IMG/VR virus record: IMGVR_UViG_3300037108_000012
Span: 1 to 64,000 of that record
Length of the DNA stretch: 64,000 bases
Reading direction: 5' to 3' (one strand)
DNA from: a virus
This document shows, in pieces, positions 49,701-56,661 of this stretch (the stretch's first letter is position 1; the number at the start of each line of letters is the position of its first letter). Both the position numbers and the translations under genes were made by a program. The notes under the pieces are model-generated. The model was not told the DNA's origin. It saw only the letters and a program-made list of their open reading frames with translations, and searched no databases.

Positions 49701-50586
49701 GATTACGAGCGGCTCCCCGGCCAGCGGGAACATCGCAGTGTTCTCCAGCAGCACGGCGATTACCGCAGCCACGGCGGCGCAAGTGGGAGCGCTGCTCAAT
49801 TTGACCCAGTACGGCATTGTCTACAGCACGGGGTCGAGCGGCGCTCCGGGAACCATTCTGCCTAGCTCGTGGACAACAGGACACACGTTCGTCCCTGCAT
49901 GGCAGCCGAGCGGGTCCGCGCTGGCTCCGGTAGTCGTGGATATGACATACGCGGCGGCGCTCTCGTACACGCCAGCGAATCAGTCCACCACGATCAATGG
50001 TCACCCGCTGAGCAGCAATGTGACGGTGAGCGCATCGGACCTTACTACTGGCACGCTACCGCACGCGCAGTTGCCCACATTGCTCAGTGGAGACATTCCC
50101 AACAATGCAGCGAACACGAGCGGCACAGCGGCGAATCTGAGTGGCACCCCAGCGCTTCCGAATGGCGTTACAGCCACAACGCAGAGCGCTGGCGATAACA
50201 GCACGAAGCTGGCGACTACGGCCTATATCGATGGGACGTTTGGAGCAGGCCACAGACCATGGGCGTGCGATACCGGCGTCGGCGACGGATTAAATGCGAT
50301 CACGGCAGGAACCTATCTTCAGACCATGTGCCAAAACACAACTGGCGTTTCAGTGACGCTGACGGGACTCAGTTGCTACATCGACAGCGGCTCTAGTTCC
50401 ACCATGAATGCGGCAGGCAACACGTTGGGAGCGCTGTTGACAGGTGCGGTGACGTGCAGCACGTCGTTTTCGGCGGGAACACAAAGTGCAAACGTGACGC
50501 TCACGAACGGCGACTACATCAAATTCACCTTTGTGGCAGATGGCACAGCCAAACAGACAACCTGGGTTGTGAAAGGAACTTACTAA
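46768..50586 (+). CDS. Tailspike/fibre-like protein (pectate-lyase-3-like beta-helix) with Sec signal peptide
   Basis: MKKIIALGFLFVASLAYS|Q; YNVMDPKYGA...DDTAAIQAA; ISQGGTG; DNSTKLATTAY. Confidence 0.8.
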   Translation: MKKIIALGFLFVASLAYSQTAVLPVYDCVQNGVQAVTSGLKSSNYQLGVVPYCQVTVFLTGTTTIATTNPQTPLQAKSDGSIPPIYATTGVGYDVKFSGGIYPNVYTTPVTLTDVQVGGSGLTAPVLISQGGTGQTTLPAAQAALGIIGPTYNVMDPKYGACGNWNGSTGCDDTAAIQAAFNDCYNNANSPQGGIVEFPGQHNYKITSTINGLDGCRIEGTIGNINGGYGPPEIVEVFPSQGVTATVTGFTVTRNCTTGGSGCTYTAAFPSDRGGIGVQNRLAPYVVSFTGTNSYTANQWVEISGCSTAGGLGLNRSVLQVASSTGTGFVAVAPESGISLGTFADNCTVTSRNVVLAFDGSARYEQEVKDIEVATYDANTIGILFGSRVDTGTRVYNTWVAGTSEYSYYFAQGGINVDFDKGWRADRAQQGGIYWRIGGGDDLSLLNGTEDNTSTASASGPMIVLDGEASCGLMLLHVENVKMEINTSIQPGEGVVTMYDCPLGANYPQFRISFDEVFLAPSTTSTAGFNFTTLSMIPASGNSLKFTAINTDLQSGTGANTTQPFIGIPELTAHSIAGSHGNTPLLAYGNSNISSGQSVMDAAPNELFGDTNIDQLWQYGINASDFLYTDTAFTALATGTTLYKGQIIAPPTYWDVASPTRYALQVVKATGTTGTPNSGSTTCSAPGSTNVLTCTSATDLTVGQVLSAGTCGSRTINLIDATNPSSVNIYGAGNWNACTGQTLGFLAPTLGPEIQLLTKRSAAPTTGTWVAGDEVQNDGSITNVSTTSGWQCTVSGTPGTWIAQAAGGVSSITAADGTMTVTPTTGPATVAVNLAGAFTWTGSQVLGNTSSLLIGSGASVISNANFVLRPYTPAISGTNVNGPNLSFIAAGYPTGGPSAFASINCSAVITNTVQTPITTLKCTGTNSGSLASTFGADFSLLTAGFVVPSTFSMSGCGASQYVKGDGTGCGTPSGAGTVITSGSPASGNIAVFSSSTAITAATAAQVGALLNLTQYGIVYSTGSSGAPGTILPSSWTTGHTFVPAWQPSGSALAPVVVDMTYAAALSYTPANQSTTINGHPLSSNVTVSASDLTTGTLPHAQLPTLLSGDIPNNAANTSGTAANLSGTPALPNGVTATTQSAGDNSTKLATTAYIDGTFGAGHRPWACDTGVGDGLNAITAGTYLQTMCQNTTGVSVTLTGLSCYIDSGSSSTMNAAGNTLGALLTGAVTCSTSFSAGTQSANVTLTNGDYIKFTFVADGTAKQTTWVVKGTY

Positions 50587-51374
50587 TGAAAAAGCTAACA
50601 TCTATCCTTCTTCTTTGGATGCTGCTCTTCGTGCAGCAGGCTGCGTTCGGTCAGCAGATTATTTCCGGGCGGCATCGGAAGATATTTACGGCCACCGGCA
50701 GCCCAACTTACGTCGGCTACACCTACTGCCCCAGAACATATAGCGGCTCAACGGCCACGTCCACGGCTACCTGTGGTGGCGGAGGTACTTTGACTGTTGC
50801 TGTTGGGGATGTAATTGTAATGGAGTGCGGAACTGACACTTATAGTGTAGGGCAGTCGGTTGTAAACCTATCGGACAGCAACGCCAATAGCTACACACTA
50901 GGAGGAGATACCAGCAGCGCGTCTTATTACAGGGAATATAGCCGAGGCGGGTGGGCGGTTGCTTCTACGGCAGGAGCTACAAACTTTATTTGTACGATGA
51001 CCAATGCGACAGGCGATGTCAACTTTGCGGTGGTTGTTTACAGAGGGCTTCTTGGCACCGTCGATACATCTTTGGCCAGCAATCTTTACCCTAATTCAGG
51101 GTCATTCTTGACATCATCTTTTACCACGACGGTCAAAGACCTTGTAATAGTTTGCGCTTCTTCGGGAGATGCAAACGCAGGTGGTATCTGGATGGCAGGA
51201 CTCATACAAGGGTCAACTGGTTCCGTTGTAGGCGTAAGTGGAGCAACACTAAGTACTAGCTCATTAACAGGATGCGAGGCCCGACTGAATAGTAGTTTTG
51301 GCAGCGGCACAGCAGCAATGACATACGGAGGGCGTGGAGATTATGGGTACCAAGTACTCGCCTTCAAGTATTAG
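50586..51374 (+). CDS. Secreted beta-rich fibre-associated protein
   Basis: Start at TAATG overlap; MKKLTSILLLWMLLFVQQAAFG|Q. Confidence 0.7.
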   Translation: MKKLTSILLLWMLLFVQQAAFGQQIISGRHRKIFTATGSPTYVGYTYCPRTYSGSTATSTATCGGGGTLTVAVGDVIVMECGTDTYSVGQSVVNLSDSNANSYTLGGDTSSASYYREYSRGGWAVASTAGATNFICTMTNATGDVNFAVVVYRGLLGTVDTSLASNLYPNSGSFLTSSFTTTVKDLVIVCASSGDANAGGIWMAGLIQGSTGSVVGVSGATLSTSSLTGCEARLNSSFGSGTAAMTYGGRGDYGYQVLAFKY

Positions 51375-51598
51375 TTGACAGCGGGGCAAATTACAACGGC
51401 TTGCGGAACAGCGCTATAGGGCAAGCAGAGCATGGACGTGGGATGGGATATTCACACAGAGTGTCCCAACGCTCGGAACCACGGTAGTATTGGCAGGAAC
51501 AAACTTTGCCGCTGTTGGCGGCGTTTCTGTGCAGATGTTTGTGATTAAGTAGCACCCGTTAGAGTCCAGTTGGAGATTTTCAGGAATGGGGTAAGCGA

Positions 51599-51880
51599 AT
51601 GTCGGAAACGACGATAGCGGAATTGGCAAAAGAGGCGCGCGAAGACGACCGGGCATGGAAGCGTCAGATCGAAGGGACAATCGAGGGCGTGCGCAACACC
51701 ATCAATGAACACGGTCAGACACTTGCGGAAATCAAAGCCAATACATCACCGTTGCCAGATTTACACCGTCGCCTCCGAGACACCGAAAGCTCCACGAGTA
51801 ATTTGTGGACAGTGCTCAGAGTCACATGGGCTGTGATTGTGGCTCTTGTCGGCGCAACATGGCTTTGGACCAAGCATTAA
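51599..51880 (+). CDS. Coiled-coil + C-terminal TM protein (holin/XhlA-like)
   Basis: Architecture and position at start of lysis region. Confidence 0.55.
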   Translation: MSETTIAELAKEAREDDRAWKRQIEGTIEGVRNTINEHGQTLAEIKANTSPLPDLHRRLRDTESSTSNLWTVLRVTWAVIVALVGATWLWTKH

Positions 51881-52154
51881 AGGAGACCCACTGTGACCGT
51901 AACCGTGACCGTGATGGAACCAGCTTGCAAGGCGGATGCAGTTGAGGCCCAACGCGCCTCCAGAATCATCAACGGACTCTACAACGCCTGCCACATCAAA
52001 GCCATGCGTGCCATCCTGAAAGAGATTGGTAGACCTGCCTGGATATGGGCCAGCCGGAACCAGTTATTCGCGGCAATCATCACCGCGCGGCAGGACGCTT
52101 CCATGTTGAACCCGAAGCGCGACGCGGAGCTGGCAGAAAACCTGAAAAAGGCTA

Positions 52155-52184
52155 TTGACAGATGGGTGTGATTGTGCTTACAAT
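52155..52184 (+). promoter_or_regulatory. Sigma70-type promoter with inverted repeat over -10
   Basis: TTGACA-18nt-TACAAT; ATTGT-gctt-ACAAT at 52171-52184. Confidence 0.7.
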
Positions 52185-52191
52185 TGCATAC

Positions 52192-52326
52192 ATGGCTGAC
52201 GATTGCATGGTGCGAGTGCCCCGGCACCTGTTCGAGGAGATCAGGCGATTGGCCCACCCTGCGACAGCGGCGGCGTATTTGCGCCATGTGATCGAGCAGC
52301 ATATCGAGCAAGCACGGAAGAAGTGA
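52192..52326 (+). CDS. Small ribbon-helix-helix-like protein (44 aa), probably leaderless
   Basis: MADDCMVRVPRHLFEEIRRLAHPATAAAYLRHVIEQHIEQARKK; ATG 7 nt after the -10 box. Confidence 0.6.
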   Translation: MADDCMVRVPRHLFEEIRRLAHPATAAAYLRHVIEQHIEQARKK

Positions 52327-52331
52327 GACGG

Positions 52332-52432
52332 TCACGCAAGACGGGCAAACTTTCCATAGTGCGCAGTTGCCGCTTCGCAGTAGAGTTTGTAGGCTTCAAC
52401 AGCGGTGGAACGATGGCCCAAACGAAAACTTT
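52332..52432 (-). pseudogene. AP2-domain C-terminal remnant of an HNH-AP2 endonuclease
   Basis: FRLGHRSTAVEAYKLYCEAATAHYGKFARLA resembles the C-terminus of 54396-54866. Confidence 0.6.
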
Positions 52433-52465
52433 GTCGCCCCCCACGCGGGGGGCGTGGATTGAAAC
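52433..52465 (+). CRISPR. Solitary type I-C CRISPR repeat (no array, no cas genes)
   Basis: GTCGCCCCCCACGCGGGGGGCGTGGATTGAAAC: GTCGC 5' end, GC hairpin, GTGGATTGAAAC 3' end. Confidence 0.85.
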
Positions 52466-52717
52466 AATCATCGGCAGGGCGGTGAAAGGCCGTCTGACAG
52501 CATGGAAAGACAGCAACTTGCGCGGGAGCGCCCGGACTCCGAACAGGACATCGGGATCGGAACTCACCAAATGCGGCCCGCGCAAAGAGATTGAGTCGCT
52601 GGCGTGGATGTGCTTGCAGGCTGCGGCGAAAGCCGGATACCGACCACGACGGTAGCCTGGAAATTAAGCGGCGGTGAGCAGCGATGCAAGCCGCCGCAAA
52701 GCAAAGGAGCAAGCATC

Positions 52718-52939
52718 ATGAAGAACTGGAAAACAACTACGGCGGGGCTGCTAGTGGCATTAGCATACGGCCTGCAAAACTATAACGGAGCAAACACTTG
52801 GCAGGGATATGCTGTATGTTTCTTCCTTGCTGCCGGTGGATTCTTCTCCAAGGATTACAACACGCATTCAACGGAGGCCCAAGTGCAAACGGCCACGGAT
52901 GATGCCAAGGTTGCCACGCTGGCTGCTGTCAACAAGTGA
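52718..52939 (+). CDS. Holin (putative)
   Basis: MKNWKTTTAG..., two hydrophobic segments, SKD motif; AAGGAG RBS. Confidence 0.65.
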   Translation: MKNWKTTTAGLLVALAYGLQNYNGANTWQGYAVCFFLAAGGFFSKDYNTHSTEAQVQTATDDAKVATLAAVNK

Positions 52940-53350
52940 GGCCGCAATGACCAGTACATCATCGTGCATTATCATCTACCCATGCACCGCAGCATTAGGG
53001 ATGCTTGCCCTTCTTAATGCTGGCTTCAAGCAACGGGGCAAGCAGTGAGGCCGCGATGAGACATATTCTCTCTATGGTCCTACAATTGCTTTGCTTTGCG
53101 ACTATCATGGGGCTTTGTGGGTTTTCGCTATGGCGCGATTTTTTGCGTTTCCGCAATATGTGGCGTGAAATTAAGGAATACCGAGATTCGGACCAGTAAC
53201 CAGAAGCAAAGGAAGTGAGGCCGAGATGAATCGCAAATCAGTCTACCTGCTTGTCGGCATCACGTATTGGCTCTGCGTCATTGTCGCATTTGCGAAGATG
53301 ATGCAGGGTATCGGAAACCAGTAACGCAGCACAACCCGCAAAGGAGACCT

Positions 53351-53863
53351 ATGAAGCGAATCTCTGTATTTACCATCATCATGCTGGCAGCTTTCGCTAT
53401 GCACGCGCAGACCACCACCCCATCATTATCCGCGACTACTGACGCCGTGGGCATCCACGAAGCGGGCGCGTGGGCCGCTGCCACGCATATTACTGAGTCG
53501 CTGGACTTGGTTGATTTCGGCGCGAAGAAGACGAACCATTTCTATGTCGATGGTCATGAGATTTTGGCCGAAGCGTCCAACTTCACGCTCTATACTGGGG
53601 GAGGTTCCATTCAACCGGACTTGAGCGCCTTATGGAAAAAGACAAACATTTCCTCAGACAACATCAGCATTTTGTTTTCCGTTTCTGCCGGCGACAAGAT
53701 TCCGACCGGGATAGGATCGGCTCACATTGCTGGTTTGTTCAGCGGGTCTTTCCGCTATCGAGCATCCAGCACTTTGACGTGGAACACGCTGCAAGCCGGG
53801 GCGATCCTGAGCGCTGGCAAGGTAAGCCCGTTCGTTTCCACGGGCCTCGTCAAGTATTTTTAG
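53351..53863 (+). CDS. Secreted, possibly outer-membrane beta-barrel protein
   Basis: MKRISVFTIIMLAAFAMHA|Q; amphipathic strands; C-terminal ...GLVKYF. Confidence 0.6.
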   Translation: MKRISVFTIIMLAAFAMHAQTTTPSLSATTDAVGIHEAGAWAAATHITESLDLVDFGAKKTNHFYVDGHEILAEASNFTLYTGGGSIQPDLSALWKKTNISSDNISILFSVSAGDKIPTGIGSAHIAGLFSGSFRYRASSTLTWNTLQAGAILSAGKVSPFVSTGLVKYF

Positions 53864-53871
53864 GAGGCACC

Positions 53872-54099
53872 ATGGCAATTCTCACAGAACTGGCTGGTTT
53901 GGTCACTGATGCCCGCGCTCTTGTTCAGGCGTGGACGCTAGTGGCTCCCAGCGTCAAAGCGGCTGCGGACGCGGCAACGACCGACATAATCAAACTCGGC
54001 ACGACCGAAGACACTATCACTGCGGAGATTCCTCAAGCCCAGGCCAGCGTGCAAGAGGTTGCGGACGCGGCGAAGAACTTCAAAATCAAGGTGCTTTGA
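53872..54099 (+). CDS. Small helical hypothetical protein
   Basis: ATG at 53872 after AGGAGG. Confidence 0.6.
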   Translation: MAILTELAGLVTDARALVQAWTLVAPSVKAAADAATTDIIKLGTTEDTITAEIPQAQASVQEVADAAKNFKIKVL

Positions 54100-54259
54100 T
54101 GGCACCCACAGAGGTCCCAAGATGAAGTGGTGGCAGCGTATAGGATGGCTGATTACCTGGCCAATCGGCAAGCTGACAGGAATCAGCAGGATCAACAAAC
54201 CATAGGGGCTGCTGCATGAGGCATGGGGCCCGGCCCCGAATAAGTTGCGCGGTTGATAT

Positions 54260-54344
54260 GGTGGGTTGCCAGAGAGGTTTAATGGCGTGACGTGCAAAGG
54301 TTAAATCCTGTCACGATTCGTTGGTCCGAATCCAACACCCACCA
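54260..54344 (+). tRNA. tRNA-like element (GCA at anticodon position) with anticodon-loop insertion
   Basis: Acceptor GGTGGGT/ACCCACC, D arm GCCA/TGGC, anticodon stem GTGAC/GTCAC, T arm GTTGG-TCCGAAT-CCAAC. Confidence 0.6.
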
Positions 54345-54363
54345 GAGAACCGCGCATTTTCAC

Positions 54364-54397
54364 AGCCGCCTGTTCTCATGTGCAGGCGGCTTTTGTT
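54364..54397 (+). terminator. Rho-independent terminator
   Basis: agccgcctg-loop-caggcggct-tttgtt. Confidence 0.7.
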
Positions 54398-54866
54398 ATT
54401 CAAAACAAGCAAATTCTCCAAACAACTCTTTGGCCTTCTCGCAATATCTGAGATGAGCCTCTAGCTCAGAAGAGAAAGTTCCGAGACTGATTGCTTTACC
54501 ATTATGAAAAATGGTTGACCAATATCTTTTACCTTGCCTGTATGCCCCTTTTAGTGATCCGTCGTTTCTCTTTCCTTTAGAGTTTCTGTTATTTTGTGAT
54601 ACTGTTGCAATACGAAGATTAAATCTCCTATTATCTAAGGTATTATGATTTATATGATCCCCTTTGAGGGGAGAATCTTTTTCTATCCCAAGGATTATTC
54701 TGTGCATACGAATAGATGGACTATACCCTCCGTTTCTTTTATCGTTTCTCACGGCATAAAATAAGCCCCTTCTTGAATGCGCGTACCATTTCCACTGCAT
54801 CAGCCAATCGTAATCAGCGGCATCAACAATGGCAACCTTTATAACAAGGAGATGAGATGAATTCAA
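54396..54866 (-). CDS. HNH-AP2 homing endonuclease (N-terminus possibly truncated)
   Basis: VAIVDAADY, DHINHNTLDNRRFNLR, AP2 LGTFSSELEAH...FGEFA. Confidence 0.8.
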   Translation of the reverse strand: MNSSHLLVIKVAIVDAADYDWLMQWKWYAHSRRGLFYAVRNDKRNGGYSPSIRMHRIILGIEKDSPLKGDHINHNTLDNRRFNLRIATVSQNNRNSKGKRNDGSLKGAYRQGKRYWSTIFHNGKAISLGTFSSELEAHLRYCEKAKELFGEFACFE

Positions 54867-55288
54867 GCCAAAACTGCCGGAATCAGATAATGCAATGGGA
54901 AGGCACCAAATTGTCTATCTATTCAGATGCAAATGGTTTTCCAACAGTGGGGATAGGCCACAAACTCACGCCCGCAGAGATTGCCACGCACGCCTATGCG
55001 AATGGCATCACAACCGGGCAGGCTGTGATTCTCTTCGACGATGACATTGCGAGCTTCGATGCGCAGATCAATTCGCTCTTCGACGATAGACATTTGACGC
55101 AGGGGCAGTTCGATGCTCTTGTAAGTTTCTGCTACAACAATGGGTTTGGGCGACTGCGCACGATGCTCTCGCATGGGCTGGCGAATGTGCCGAACGAGTT
55201 GCCGCGTTGGGTGTACGCCGGGACGGTAAAGCTCCCCGGCCTGGTCACGCGGCGTGCGCAAGAGGTTGCGTGGTGGAATCAGAAGTAA
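54857..55288 (+). CDS. Endolysin, GH24 lysozyme
   Basis: WEG..LSIYSDANGFPTVGIGH, QFDALVSFCYN, GLVTRRAQE. Confidence 0.92.
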   Translation: MNSSQNCRNQIMQWEGTKLSIYSDANGFPTVGIGHKLTPAEIATHAYANGITTGQAVILFDDDIASFDAQINSLFDDRHLTQGQFDALVSFCYNNGFGRLRTMLSHGLANVPNELPRWVYAGTVKLPGLVTRRAQEVAWWNQK

Positions 55289-55423
55289 AATCCAAAAAAG
55301 AGACATGGTGTAGCGCCATAGCAGCGGAATAAAAACTTGCATTTTGATTGAAAGTTTGTGTTAAACTGATTCCATCGGGAGAGGAGAGCGCGGGCTTGTC
55401 TCTATTTTTGTTTGGAGGTTGAG

Positions 55424-55624
55424 ATGCCATCAAGCGTTGTTATGGAAGAATTTCGGGAAGGAAAACTTCACTCTGGAAAGAAAGTGAAGGGGAAGAAACG
55501 TAAGTTAGTTCATAATAAAAAGCAAGCTAAGGCTATTCTTCTCTCGTATCTCCGTAAAGAGGGGAAAATAGTACCGCGCAAAGGAAATAACACAAATCAA
55601 AAGAAACGTGTGGCTGGAAAATGA
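55424..55624 (+). CDS. Small basic DUF6496-like protein ending KRVAGK
   Basis: VMEEFREGKLHSG...NKKQAKAI. Confidence 0.7.
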   Translation: MPSSVVMEEFREGKLHSGKKVKGKKRKLVHNKKQAKAILLSYLRKEGKIVPRKGNNTNQKKRVAGK

Positions 55625-55782
55625 GTGAAATCGAATCATGCACACTTGAGAGCGTAGGAAAAGGACGCAAGAGGGTTGCGGGGAAAATGAAGACGAGAAT
55701 GCCTTACGCGAAAAAAGGAAGTAAATTTGAGTTTGCAAAGAAAAGCGGAAAAGGTAAGCGTTTTTCTACGAAGAAAGGTTAA
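55621..55782 (+). CDS. Small basic protein (53 aa) containing KRVAGK
   Basis: Manual translation MSEIESCTLESVGKGRKRVAGKMKTRMPYAKKGSKFEFAKKSGKGKRFSTKKG; ATGA overlap. Confidence 0.65.
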   Translation: MSEIESCTLESVGKGRKRVAGKMKTRMPYAKKGSKFEFAKKSGKGKRFSTKKG

Positions 55783-55784
55783 AG

Positions 55785-56654
55785 ATGAAGAGATTTTTGT
55801 TGATTTCTCTCCTTTTGGTATGCGGGTTAGTTGCACACGGACAAGCCTGCTCGCCTGTGAACGGAATGACTTGCACCCCGAACCTCAACTTGTACCTTCC
55901 TCCGCTCAACTATCAGAACTGGAACATCGCTCTCAATGCAAACTTCAACTTGCTCGATACCTCGTCGGCTAATTGGGTAAAGTTGAACGCCTTAAACACG
56001 TTTACCCAAATTCAGACTATGCCAGGTCTGGTTATTACTGGAGCGCCGTCAGGAACTTACGCCAAAGCGGATGGTACAGGCTACGGGACTCCTGCGGGAA
56101 ACACCCCATGTACTATAGGACAGTTAGCTTACTATGCATCTGGTGGAGCGGTACAAGCCTGCTTGAATCTAGGGACAGGATTAACTATCACAAGTGGAAC
56201 GCTCAATGCGGCAGGAGGTAGCGGGGGCATCACCCAACTGACAGGAGATGTTAACGCAACCGGACCTAACATTGCAACGGCAACATTGACGGCGAGTGGA
56301 GTGACAGCGGGAAGCTATACCGGGGCAACAATCACGGTAGACGCAAAGGGACGAGTGACGGCTGCGGCAACAGGGTTCACTTCGGGAAGTAATACTAACG
56401 GTTACTGGGAAAAAAGCCCGACAGGGCACATCCATCAATGGGGATTAACCACTGTTTCCAGCTCTACAACAACAATCACATTTCCGACACCGTTTACAAT
56501 TTTGGCCTCAATAATTCCTAGCGGTAGTCCATTAGGAACCACATCGCAACCATCAGCAGATAATCCTCCGTTGTTTTGGAATGTGGGGTTGAATGGTATG
56601 TCAATAAACACCAATAGCTCGACGGGGGCTAGTTGGACAGCCGACGGATATTAG
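55785..56654 (+). CDS. Short tail-fibre-like protein with Sec signal peptide and gp53-like C-terminal domain
   Basis: MKRFLLISLLLVCGLVAHG|Q; TPNLNLYLP...ALNANF; ITVDAKGRVTAA; HIHQWG...TITFPTPF. Confidence 0.8.
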   Translation: MKRFLLISLLLVCGLVAHGQACSPVNGMTCTPNLNLYLPPLNYQNWNIALNANFNLLDTSSANWVKLNALNTFTQIQTMPGLVITGAPSGTYAKADGTGYGTPAGNTPCTIGQLAYYASGGAVQACLNLGTGLTITSGTLNAAGGSGGITQLTGDVNATGPNIATATLTASGVTAGSYTGATITVDAKGRVTAAATGFTSGSNTNGYWEKSPTGHIHQWGLTTVSSSTTTITFPTPFTILASIIPSGSPLGTTSQPSADNPPLFWNVGLNGMSINTNSSTGASWTADGY

Positions 56655-56661
56655 GAGAAAA

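Noticed and set aside
52203-52712. Long ORFs 52203-52655 (+), 52241-52585 (-) and 52332-52712 (-) as genes
   Set aside because: They run through the CRISPR repeat and GC-rich stems without an RBS; only the AP2-like tail looks protein-like
44832-56654. Diversity-generating retroelement or invertible fibre shufflon
   Set aside because: No reverse transcriptase, TR/VR pair, invertase or inverted crossover sites were seen in the window
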